From: a virus
Taxonomy: Duplodnaviria > Caudoviricetes
DNA length: 64,000 nt
Strand: one strand, 5' to 3'
IMG/VR virus record: IMGVR_UViG_2806310948_000001
Location: 1-64,000 of that record
A program made the translations under genes and the position numbers. A model generated the notes under the pieces. It was not told the origin of the DNA. It searched no databases and was given only the letters and a program-made list of their open reading frames with translations. Of the stretch, positions 1 through 8,218 are shown in pieces (position 1 is the first letter of the stretch; each line of letters starts with the position of its first letter).

Positions 1-1257
1 ATGAGCGAAGCAAAACAGTTTGATATTTCAAAGAAGGCTGTAATTGCAGCTTTTCAGGCGGTAAAGGAAAACGCAGGAAGTTACGGGGCAGATGAACAAA
101 CCATAAAAGAGTTTGAGGAGCATCTTAATAACAACCTGTATAAACTATGGAACCGGATGGCATCAGGAAGTTATTTCCCGAAGCCTGTAAGGGCAGTAGC
201 AATACCCAAGAAAAATGGTGGAATCAGAATTTTGGGAATTCCAACAGTAGAAGACAGAATCGCACAAATGGTTGCGAAGATGTACTTTGAACCGCTGGTT
301 GAACCAATGTTTTACAATGACTCATATGGATACCGTCCGAACAAATCTGCAATTCAGGCAGTAGGACAAGCAAGGGAAAGATGTTTTAAAAGAGACTGGG
401 TATTGGAATTAGATATCAAAGGGCTCTTTGATAACATCAAACATGGATATCTGATGTACATGGTTGAGAAACATACGCAAATAAAATGGCTGATACTTTA
501 TATAAAACGTTGGCTTACAGTGCCGTTCATCATGAGTGATGGCTCGGTTGCTGAACGCAGGTCAGGAACACCTCAGGGTGGAGTTATCAGTCCTGTGCTT
601 GCAAATCTATTTCTTCACTATGTATTTGATGACTTTATGACAAAAGCATATCCGAACATCTGGTGGGAAAGATATGCTGATGATGGAGTACTGCACTGCC
701 AATCGTACAAGCAGGCTGCATTTATAAAGCAGAAACTGGAAGAACGTTTTCAGCAGTTTGGATTGGAACTGAATAAAGAAAAGACACGTATTGTCTACTG
801 CAAGGATAACCGAAGGCCACAAAACTATAGTTGTACCCAATTCACTTTTCTGGGATATACGTTCAGACCAAGGCTAAATAAGAATAAAGAAGGAAAGTTC
901 TTTGTAGGCTTTACGCCTGCGGTCAGTGAAAAAGCCAAAACTGCTATGAAACAGAAGATCAGAGAATGGAAGATACAGTTAAAGGCGGATCTCTCATTAA
1001 AAGATATTGGGAACATGATAAACAAAGTAGTGCAAGGATGGATTAACTACTACACACACTATTATAAGTCAGAATTTTATGAGGTGTTGCGTTATATCAA
1101 TCAATGTCTGATTAAATGGGTACGACGAAGTTATAAAAAGAAAAACACGAGAAGCAGAGCCGAGCACTGGCTTGGTGCAGTAGCCAGAAGAGACAGAAAC
1201 TTGTTTGCACACTGGAAATTTGGAATATTACCATCTGTTGGAGAGGGAGCCGTATGA
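1..1257 (+). CDS. ltrA: Group II intron reverse transcriptase/maturase, no endonuclease domain
   Basis: Motifs IPKKNGGIRILGIPTVEDRIAQ, SYGYRPNKSA, DIKGLFDNI, GTPQGGVISPVLAN, RYADD; X/thumb domain; N-terminus resembles RmInt1-type intron-encoded proteins. Confidence 0.96.
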   Translation: MSEAKQFDISKKAVIAAFQAVKENAGSYGADEQTIKEFEEHLNNNLYKLWNRMASGSYFPKPVRAVAIPKKNGGIRILGIPTVEDRIAQMVAKMYFEPLVEPMFYNDSYGYRPNKSAIQAVGQARERCFKRDWVLELDIKGLFDNIKHGYLMYMVEKHTQIKWLILYIKRWLTVPFIMSDGSVAERRSGTPQGGVISPVLANLFLHYVFDDFMTKAYPNIWWERYADDGVLHCQSYKQAAFIKQKLEERFQQFGLELNKEKTRIVYCKDNRRPQNYSCTQFTFLGYTFRPRLNKNKEGKFFVGFTPAVSEKAKTAMKQKIREWKIQLKADLSLKDIGNMINKVVQGWINYYTHYYKSEFYEVLRYINQCLIKWVRRSYKKKNTRSRAEHWLGAVARRDRNLFAHWKFGILPSVGEGAV

Positions 1258-1319
1258 GTCGAGAGGCTCACGTACGGTTCTGATGGGGACTCAAGGGGAG
1301 GTTCCTTGGGTCTACCTAC
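1247..1319 (+). ncRNA. Group II intron domains V-VI (inner intron)
   Basis: GAGCCG...CGGTTC domain V hairpin, then GGGGACTCAAGG...CCTTGGGTCTACCTAC domain VI with bulged A. Confidence 0.93.
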
Positions 1320-1865
1320 TTTGTGGTGACATTCCAATACAAATCAGATGCAGTATGGTTCTATGAACACTTAAAACATAGAATGGGACACTTTGGATTA
1401 AGCCTTGAAGAAGAAAAGAGCAGGCTGATAGAGTTCGGACGATACGCAAAGGAAAGATGCAGTAAAAGTGGAACGAAGCCAGGTACCTTTACTTTCCTAG
1501 GTTTTACACACTACTGTTCCAAAAGCAAGAATGGTAGATTCAGAGTGAAGAGGAAAACCAGTAAGAAGAAGTTTGCGAAGAAATGCAGAGAAATAAATCA
1601 ACTGATGGGACACATGAAAACATGGAAACTGAAAGAGATTACTGCTAAACTCAATCAGATACTGACTGGTTATTACCATTACTATGGAATCACAGACAAT
1701 ACAGAAAGAATAACAGCATTTCGATACCACGTAATGAAAAGTTTATTCTACTGTCTAAATCGGAGGAGTCAAAAGAAAAGCTACAACTGGGTAGAATTTC
1801 TGAATATGATAGATAACAGCTATCCATTGGTAAGACCCCGAATATATGTCAGTGTATATAATTGA
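1320..1865 (+). pseudogene. ltrA: 3' half of the outer intron RT/maturase ORF, interrupted by the inner intron (restorable by splicing)
   Basis: TTT GTG GTG ACA TTC CAA = FVVTFQ, the residues that normally follow YADD; then SRLIEFGR, FTFLGFTHYC and X-domain GYYHYYG. Confidence 0.9.
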
Positions 1866-1891
1866 TAAATGTGAACGATTCGTTTCGCAAA

Positions 1892-1965
1892 GAGCCGGAT
1901 GCGGGAAAGCCGCAAGTCCGGATTCTGTGAGGGGCGTACGACCGCAAGGGGTGCGTCTACTCGAC
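1892..1965 (+). ncRNA. Group II intron domains V-VI (outer intron)
   Basis: 34-nt GAGCCGGATGCGGGAAAGCCGCAAGTCCGGATTC followed by a domain VI ending in AC. Confidence 0.93.
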
Positions 1966-2012
1966 CCATGAAATACCCGGGGATTTATATGAAGGATATT
2001 GATAAAAGTGCT

Positions 2013-2041
2013 TTGTAAGAATCAGGTAGTTTTGGTATAAT
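2013..2041 (+). promoter_or_regulatory. Sigma-A type promoter upstream of vanZ
   Basis: TTGTAA, 17-bp spacer, TGgTATAAT (extended -10). Confidence 0.6.
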
Positions 2042-2221
2042 TCATTGTAAATGAAAATATAACCGAATCAGGTAAGTCCTCTGCGGAGGTTGCAAAAAGC
2101 GATAAGCAGTGGGTGGGAACTTGCTTGTATCAGGAGGATTGTAAGCTCCTTCTGATAAACTGCGAATATCCGATTGACAGGCAGTTAAAATCAGGATTCA
2201 TGAGATGGGGAGAGATAGATA

Positions 2222-2782
2222 GTGGACATTTATCAGATTATTATTACACATAATCGAAGCTGGACGATCAGGGAAATTATTGCTTTTGCAGTGGTTTTCC
2301 TGATGGCCGTTTTTCTGGCAGCAGTATTATTAAGGCTGCATAAAATAGTGATCATTCAGGCAGTCTGTGGACTGTTGCTTCTGACGTTTCTTTCAATTGT
2401 ATTTGGTTCTACTGTTTTTACGAGGACTCCGGGGATCAGGCAGTATCAGCCGGAGGTATTCTGGTCATGGAAGGAAATCCTGGGGATTGGTACATGTGGC
2501 AGACTGGGAAGTACTACGGGAGATGGTTTACTGCAGGAGAATCTGTTGAATATTCTGCTACTTTTTCCGGCAGGGATTTTATTGCCGGGGGTGACAGGCA
2601 GAAAACTGAAATGGTGGATGGGATTGCTTGTGGGAATTGCGGTATCATCTGCTATCGAGATTAGTCAGCTGCTGCTTTGCAGAGGGTTGTTTGAGTTTGA
2701 CGATATTATTCATAATAGTTTGGGATGTATGCTGGGGTCTTTGTTGGGGAATAGGATGTTAAGGTTGGTACATGGAAAGTAA
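2222..2782 (+). CDS. vanZ: VanZ-family membrane protein
   Basis: Hydrophobic helices with NILLLFPAG and IEISQ...GLFEFDDIIHNSLG signatures. Confidence 0.85.
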   Translation: MDIYQIIITHNRSWTIREIIAFAVVFLMAVFLAAVLLRLHKIVIIQAVCGLLLLTFLSIVFGSTVFTRTPGIRQYQPEVFWSWKEILGIGTCGRLGSTTGDGLLQENLLNILLLFPAGILLPGVTGRKLKWWMGLLVGIAVSSAIEISQLLLCRGLFEFDDIIHNSLGCMLGSLLGNRMLRLVHGK

Positions 2783-2880
2783 AGGGCAGGACCAGATGAA
2801 AAACTGACAAGTCATCTTGAATTGCGATTTCAGGAAGGTCACGTTCAAAACTTAACAGTTTTTGTGAAGCATTTTGAAAA

Positions 2881-2910
2881 CCGTCCCTGCTATCAGCAGG
2901 GGCGGCTTTC
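2881..2910 (+). terminator. Intrinsic terminator after vanZ
   Basis: CCGTCCCTGCT-ATC-AGCAGGGGCGG stem followed by T-rich bases. Confidence 0.6.
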
Positions 2911-3171
2911 ATTTGTGCGCCTATTTATTGTTTTCGCTGACATGAAGATAGTTCATAAGCGCAACCTGAAAAATTTTGGAACAATTGACTCCGTTCACAG
3001 CAATGCCTTTTTGACGTAAAATTGTTTATAACAGTAAAAATGTTTAACAAAATCTGTTAAAATGCTATAATGCAGATATGAAAAAGATAATCTTGAGAAA
3101 ATCCATAATGTATGATAAAAGGATTACTATAAACTGGTACTGTGAAAATACGACAGAAGAGGAGTAAAAAG

Positions 3172-3387
3172 ATGTTATATATAGGAAATCACACAAGCTC
3201 ATCCCGGGGCTACCTTGCAATGGGGAAGCAGATGCTGGCAAATGGCGGTAACACATTTGCATTTTTTACCAGAAATCCAAGAGGAGGGAAAGCCAAAGAC
3301 ATTGATCCGCAGGATGTGCAGGCATTTGGGCAGCTGGCAGAGGAGAATCATTTTGGAAAGCTGGTGGCTCATGCGCCTTACACATAG
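3172..3387 (+). pseudogene. nfo: 5' fragment of endonuclease IV, truncated at prophage attL
   Basis: [16 protein letters not shown] and VAHAPYT (N-terminal metal-ligand motif) followed immediately by TAG; good RBS; 71 codons versus about 280 aa for the intact enzyme. Confidence 0.88.
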
Positions 3388-3481
3388 GATTACCCATGCG
3401 TGCGACCAAAAAGGAGAGACACGACTGCATGTACAGGGTTGGATATTTGGGCGACGAATATTTATAGTAGATAATGACGCC

Positions 3482-3515
3482 AAAAAGAGCAACGGATAAT
3501 TCCGCTGCTCTTTTT
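3482..3515. terminator. Bidirectional terminator between the nfo fragment and the integrase
   Basis: AAAAAGAGCAACGGA-TAAT-TCCGCTGCTCTTTTT. Confidence 0.7.
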
Positions 3516-5103
3516 ACGTTCTTGGCAATTTGGGATAAAGGACCAAATCAAAATCATCTAATTTTTTGGTTTTGGACCGTCCGACGGTATGGAGCTTTGT
3601 ATATTCAACCTTTTCCAGAACTTCCTTTAACATATCGTTTTTAGCAGAAGCATTGGGTAATTGCCAATAAATGTCTATTAAGTTTTCCACCTTTGGAATC
3701 AGATTCTTGCGGTTGTTCTCTCTTAATTTTTCGTTATTTATATCTGCAGAAAGTTTAGCGATATTTTTTTCGGACTCTGCGATTTTTTCAGACAGAGATT
3801 TAGAGCGAATAAGGAATGTCTCAGTATCATAGATGCCCTGTTCGAGCAAATCATGAGTTTTATCTAGCTGTTTGGTTAAGGTATTAAGTTCTTTAATTGC
3901 GGCATTATACGCCTGCTCTTTCACAATCAAAAGAGAGTGCATTTCTCTTGGCATATCATCCCATGATAATTTATATTCATTTACCCAATCTCGCAGAGCA
4001 TCTATAATCCTTTTTTCTACTATATAAATATAAGATCCTTTGCATGGACAGCCATATGTGCGGCATTCCACGCCAAAATCTCTCCGGTTAGCATTAGATC
4101 TATAGCGAAGTGGGCGTCCGCAGATTCCACACACAACTACACCTGCAAGAGGGTTTTTTAATTCTTTTTCTATGACAACTGATGGATTTCCTCGACGAAG
4201 AAACAACTCTTGAGCCTGATTAAATATTTCGTCTGATATAATAGCCGGATGAAGACCTTCAACTAATATTTGTTCTTCTTCTGGCGGTATAATACGGGTC
4301 CTTTTTACAGCGCCATCAACAATAATTTTCTTGTCTTTTTTATATCCCCAACGTATTTTTCCGGTATATACTGGATTATGAAGAATCCAGTAGACGCTCC
4401 TGGGGTTCCATGTAGGATTTCCGGTAGGAGAATCTATACTTAGATTGGTTAACCGATGTGCAATAGCATGGGCTCCCAGCTTGCGATAACTTCCGTCCTC
4501 TTGGAGCTGTCCATTCACAAACCAATCGAATATCATTTTCACAATGGGAGTTTCCTTTTCGTTTGGAGAGAGAGTATATCCCTTTCCACTTTCGACATGA
4601 ATACGGTCATAACCGTATGGAGCCTTACTTCCGGTATGCTTGCCCTCTTTAGCAGAAGACATTCTTCCCTGAGTCAGACGCCTGCGAATGGTTTTATACT
4701 CTCTGCGGCTCATAAAAAGACCAAATTCGAAATATTCCTCATCGTATTCGTTATTAGGATCGTAGGTTTTGAGAGGGGTTATAATCTTAGTATTTGAAAA
4801 TTTAAATGCCCTGGAGACAATGCCTTGGTCAATAGTATCTCCTCTGGCAAGACGTTCTATTTCGACAACCAGAACACCATCCCACATCTCGTTTTCAACT
4901 TCTGTCAGAAGATGCTGCACAACAGGACGGGAGGAGATTGTCTCTCCGGATACAACTTCACGGTAGATTTCGGTTACGTCAAGATGCATTCTTTTGGCCA
5001 GATCCAGTAAGATCTTTTCGTGCCTGGCCAACGTTTCCATTTCTCCATTGGCTTCAGCATCAATATCAGCCCTTGATTTTCTTAAATATAAACAATATGG
5101 CAT
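3514..5103 (-). CDS. Large serine recombinase (prophage integrase)
   Basis: YLRKSR catalytic Ser, EIERLARGD, recombinase domain NPVYTG, Zn ribbon CGICG...C...C, coiled coil. Confidence 0.95.
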   Translation of the reverse strand: MPYCLYLRKSRADIDAEANGEMETLARHEKILLDLAKRMHLDVTEIYREVVSGETISSRPVVQHLLTEVENEMWDGVLVVEIERLARGDTIDQGIVSRAFKFSNTKIITPLKTYDPNNEYDEEYFEFGLFMSRREYKTIRRRLTQGRMSSAKEGKHTGSKAPYGYDRIHVESGKGYTLSPNEKETPIVKMIFDWFVNGQLQEDGSYRKLGAHAIAHRLTNLSIDSPTGNPTWNPRSVYWILHNPVYTGKIRWGYKKDKKIIVDGAVKRTRIIPPEEEQILVEGLHPAIISDEIFNQAQELFLRRGNPSVVIEKELKNPLAGVVVCGICGRPLRYRSNANRRDFGVECRTYGCPCKGSYIYIVEKRIIDALRDWVNEYKLSWDDMPREMHSLLIVKEQAYNAAIKELNTLTKQLDKTHDLLEQGIYDTETFLIRSKSLSEKIAESEKNIAKLSADINNEKLRENNRKNLIPKVENLIDIYWQLPNASAKNDMLKEVLEKVEYTKLHTVGRSKTKKLDDFDLVLYPKLPRT

Positions 5104-5131
5104 ATTGCCTCACCTCGATTAGATAATAAAA

Positions 5132-5177
5132 ATGTCAAACGAATCTGTTTGACATAAACCGTATATAGCGATATAAT
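5132..5177 (+). promoter_or_regulatory. Consensus sigma-A promoter for a small RNA, with an overlapping palindrome
   Basis: TTGACA 5149-5154, 17 bp, TATAAT 5172-5177; perfect inverted repeat ATGTCAAAC-N6-GTTTGACAT 5132-5155. Confidence 0.8.
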
Positions 5178-5183
5178 GTACTT

Positions 5184-5280
5184 AACAAGAGAACCGTTGG
5201 CCAGTGTACACCTGACCGCCGGCAGAAGTAATTACTAAAAATAGCGCCTTACTTTTCCAGAGCAGGGGCGCTATTTTTTA
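5184..5280 (+). ncRNA. Putative type I antitoxin RNA (about 95 nt)
   Basis: Consensus promoter, no ORF, ends at a bidirectional terminator overlapping the 3' end of a convergent toxin ORF. Confidence 0.7.
5237..5278. terminator. Bidirectional terminator shared by toxin mRNA and antitoxin RNA
   Basis: AAAAATAGCGCC...GGCGCTATTTTT. Confidence 0.8.
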
Positions 5281-5357
5281 TGCATAATATTAACAACAAG
5301 AGTTACGACTGCACAAAGCATAATTACAAAGGTAAAAAGATCTCCATATGTAACCAT
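5271..5357 (-). CDS. Type I toxin, putative holin-like toxin family (28 aa); not in the ORF track
   Basis: MVTYGDLFTFVIMLCAVVTLVVNIMHKK: one hydrophobic helix plus basic tail, preceded by RBS AAAGGAGG. Confidence 0.85.
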   Translation of the reverse strand: MVTYGDLFTFVIMLCAVVTLVVNIMHKK

Positions 5358-5440
5358 CAGCACCAGCCTCCTTTCACATAAGTGTCCGGCGGCTGACATA
5401 ACACCCCAACGGTTCCCCGGTTAAATACACTATTCTTTTT

Positions 5441-5986
5441 TTATTTTTCTTCCAGCTCCTCCATCATGGCCAGAAAGAGACGTTTTCCTCTTTTAGACAT
5501 CTTGCGGAACTTCAGAATAATATCTTGTTCATCTTCAGAAGCAATGGCACAACTAAACGCAGAATTTCCTATTAAATAATCTATTGAAGTATCAAGGGCT
5601 TTAGAGAGCCTGCCAGCAACATCTATCCCCGGGATAACTGTTCCTGCCATGATACCCTCAAAAGAGTCTTCGGAAATTTCTGATTTAGTAATCAGATCGG
5701 ACTGGTTCAGCTGCAACTGATCCATCCGGTCTTTTATTTTAGCAGAAAGGGTAGGAGCTTCTTTCTGCTCTGTTGTAGAATATTTTTCAGTGGTCCGGCC
5801 CAGAAGATAATCTGCCGGTACGCCAAAATATTTTGCGCATCGATTAACCAGTTCAGTGGATGGTCTGGTGTAACCTCTCTCGATATTCGAGATTACCTGG
5901 CTGGAAACTCCTACAGCTTTTCCGAGTTCAGATTGTCGCAAACCTGATTCAGAACGGAGAGACTTGATTCTTTTACTAATTGTCAC
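5441..5986 (-). CDS. XRE-family regulator with two tandem HTH domains
   Basis: RQSELGKAVGVSSQVISNIERG...DYLLG and a second LNQSDL...IDYLIG unit. Confidence 0.85.
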   Translation of the reverse strand: MTISKRIKSLRSESGLRQSELGKAVGVSSQVISNIERGYTRPSTELVNRCAKYFGVPADYLLGRTTEKYSTTEQKEAPTLSAKIKDRMDQLQLNQSDLITKSEISEDSFEGIMAGTVIPGIDVAGRLSKALDTSIDYLIGNSAFSCAIASEDEQDIILKFRKMSKRGKRLFLAMMEELEEK

Positions 5987-6030
5987 GAATAAAGCACCTC
6001 TTTAATAAAAAAGATTTATAAGTCTTTTGA

Positions 6031-7170
6031 TTAGTTGATAGGCTCATATTTGTATCCGTTTTCAGTTGCTGAGATATTACCAATGGCTTCGGTAATACTT
6101 CCATCCTTATTGATTTTTCCATATGTCCCTAAGTTGGTAAAAGAACCGGCAAAGCAAATTCCTGTACCATCGTCGCATATGATAGAGAACCAGTTATAAC
6201 CACTATCTTTCACTTTGGTGTTGAGAAAATTTGCATAATCCTTTTCGGAAATTTGTTTCAGAGTATCTTTCGGAATAATAATATAAGCTCTCTTACCTAT
6301 AATATCTGTTCCAGTGCCATTATAAACGTCTGCTTTGAATATAGTTGCATTGGCGAGGCGTTGATCAGCCTCTGAGAGTGAGGAAGGAACAGGTGTTGGT
6401 GAAGAGAATGGTGTTGGAACTGGAGAGGGAGTTGGAATAGGTGTACTTGATGCAATCGGTTCTGAATTTGGGAAAATTATATTACCACTTTCATATATAC
6501 AGTCATTACTGGTTCCGTTAGCATAATAAAAAATTCCTTCTCCATCAAGAAGTCCAGTGTCTTTATTTGTTGCGAATGAACCGGTAACGTGCGAACCATC
6601 AGTAAAGAAAAAACTACCATCTCCATTTATTTGACCGTTAGAAAAATTCCCCTCATATCGTTGCCCGTTTTCGTAATATAATGTTCCATATCCTCCGTAA
6701 AGATTATCTTTAAATTCACCAACGTATCTTTCTGTTAAGGTTAATGAGGTACCTTTTCCGGAAGCTATCTCATTATTTAATTCGCCAAAATAAGTACCAG
6801 CACTTGATGACATTAAACATTTATCTCCAGAAAGATAGTCCTTGCTATAAGTGCCAGTCTTAATATCTCCATTATCGAAAAAAGATGTACCTTTTCCTTC
6901 TAAATGTCCATCAATCCACTCGCCTATATAGATCCAAGAGACTCCATCTGTGTTCTGAGTTTTAAATTCTCCGACACCACAAGGTAAACCGTTTTTTATA
7001 CTGCCTGTATACAAACCAGTTCTTTCACCAAAGAAGAAAGGCAAGGAAACCTCATGATTTTCAACATATGAGAAATCAGAGACATTATCTTTAGCATTGA
7101 GCTGGCTAATTGGCAGAACAAAAGTAGCAATAAATGAAAAAAACAAAGCCGATAATATTTTCTTTTTCAT
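6031..7170 (-). CDS. Secreted MORN-repeat protein with a P/T/S-rich linker
   Basis: Signal peptide MKKKILSALFF..., repeats such as YIGEWIDGHLEGKG and RYEGNFSNGQINGDG, PTPSPVPTP linker. Confidence 0.8.
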   Translation of the reverse strand: MKKKILSALFFSFIATFVLPISQLNAKDNVSDFSYVENHEVSLPFFFGERTGLYTGSIKNGLPCGVGEFKTQNTDGVSWIYIGEWIDGHLEGKGTSFFDNGDIKTGTYSKDYLSGDKCLMSSSAGTYFGELNNEIASGKGTSLTLTERYVGEFKDNLYGGYGTLYYENGQRYEGNFSNGQINGDGSFFFTDGSHVTGSFATNKDTGLLDGEGIFYYANGTSNDCIYESGNIIFPNSEPIASSTPIPTPSPVPTPFSSPTPVPSSLSEADQRLANATIFKADVYNGTGTDIIGKRAYIIIPKDTLKQISEKDYANFLNTKVKDSGYNWFSIICDDGTGICFAGSFTNLGTYGKINKDGSITEAIGNISATENGYKYEPIN

Positions 7171-7212
7171 ATTTTTATTTTCCTTTCTTGCTTCGGTACC
7201 ACTCGAAGCTTA

Positions 7213-7803
7213 TTATTTTGCTTGTTTATGAACCATTTTAGTAGGAAGAGCTTCTTCGCGCCTCTGCTCTTTTAACAACTTTTTCATATCGCCGATAATA
7301 ATGTCTCGATTATCCTCATTTAATTCGAGAAATACATTTAAAAATTTTTGAGCAATTTCATCAAGAGGATTACCATAAGTTTGTTCTTCAAATTCTGGAC
7401 CGCCTATAATATATTCATCCGAGACACCATAAAAATCAGCTATTGTATATATGTCAGAACGAAAAAGACTTGAATCGGTATAATAACCAGAAAGAATTTC
7501 TGTTTTTAACAAAGGCTTTAAATCTTCTATATTTTTACGAGAATGAGCAGCTAGTTTGGAAATTCTATTCGAAATATCACGGCATTCGATAAATTGTTTT
7601 GTAGTAGAAGTATCATTACCTAAAAGATAATCTGTTGTAACACCGAATATAGAAGCTATATTTGCCAGAGTATCATTGTTAGGACTAGATACTCCATTTT
7701 CCCAGCTACTAACTGTTTGCTTTATTACCCCCAATTTACTTCCCAATTCTGATTGAGTTAAATGGTTTTGCTTCCGCAATTCCTTAATTCTTTTTCCAAG
7801 CAT
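7213..7803 (-). CDS. cI-like XRE repressor (start corrected to 7803)
   Basis: MLGKRIKELRK...TQSELG...VSSWENG; AGGAGG RBS; divergent from the cro-like gene. Confidence 0.85.
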   Translation of the reverse strand: MLGKRIKELRKQNHLTQSELGSKLGVIKQTVSSWENGVSSPNNDTLANIASIFGVTTDYLLGNDTSTTKQFIECRDISNRISKLAAHSRKNIEDLKPLLKTEILSGYYTDSSLFRSDIYTIADFYGVSDEYIIGGPEFEEQTYGNPLDEIAQKFLNVFLELNEDNRDIIIGDMKKLLKEQRREEALPTKMVHKQAK

Positions 7804-7828
7804 AGTATAACCTCCTGACGAAATTATA

Positions 7829-8182
7829 GTCCAAAAAAAGTGGACATACAATATAAAAAAGAAAAGTCCAAAAATAATTGACAAAAGCATTGACAATCCA
7901 TAAATAATGGATTATTATAAAAATGTCCATAAATATTGGACAGAAAGGAGAGAGATTTTGATGGCAACAACGCTGAATGTATCGCAAAGAGTAAAAGATG
8001 CCCGTTGTGATGCCAATTTAACACAGACAGAACTTGGACGAAAGATAGGAAAGTCCAAGCAATGGGTATCGGAACTTGAACGAGGAAATATTCGTTTGAG
8101 TTATGAAATGGCAGTAGTTATTTCCGAGGTATGCAATAAATCCACCGATTTTTTTTGTACCTAAAGTCCATTTTAAATAGAC
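7829..8182. promoter_or_regulatory. Lysis/lysogeny operator array, five 17-bp palindromes (consensus GTCCA-N7-TGGAC)
   Basis: Copies at 7829-7845, 7866-7882, 7896-7912, 7925-7941 and 8166-8182; interleaved with TTGACA boxes. Confidence 0.8.
7961..8164 (+). CDS. Cro-like XRE regulator
   Basis: LTQTELGRKIGKSKQWVSELERG; RBS AAAGGAG. Confidence 0.85.
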   Translation: MATTLNVSQRVKDARCDANLTQTELGRKIGKSKQWVSELERGNIRLSYEMAVVISEVCNKSTDFFCT

Positions 8183-8218
8183 TTTATATTAATTATATAA
8201 TGTGGAGGAAAAAAATAA

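Larger units (their letters stand above)
1..1319 (+). mobile_element. Group II intron, inner member of a twintron (RmInt1-like); 5' RNA domains lie upstream of the window
   Basis: RT/maturase ORF followed by a 34-nt domain V (1247-1280, GAGCCGTATGAGTCGAGAGGCTCACGTACGGTTC) and a domain VI ending CCTAC at 1319 (canonical AY end). Confidence 0.95.
1320..1965 (+). mobile_element. Outer group II intron, 3' part
   Basis: C-terminal RT/maturase frame resumes at 1320; second domain V at 1892-1925; domain VI ends CTCGAC at 1965. Confidence 0.92.

Noticed and set aside
3215-3499. 94-aa ORF spanning the nfo/attL junction
   Set aside because: Out of frame with nfo, no RBS or motifs; chance ORF across the junction.
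5110-5138. Minus-strand TTGACA as the integrase -35
   Set aside because: The 17-bp spacing lands on the Shine-Dalgarno rather than a -10 box, so it is treated as half of an operator palindrome.
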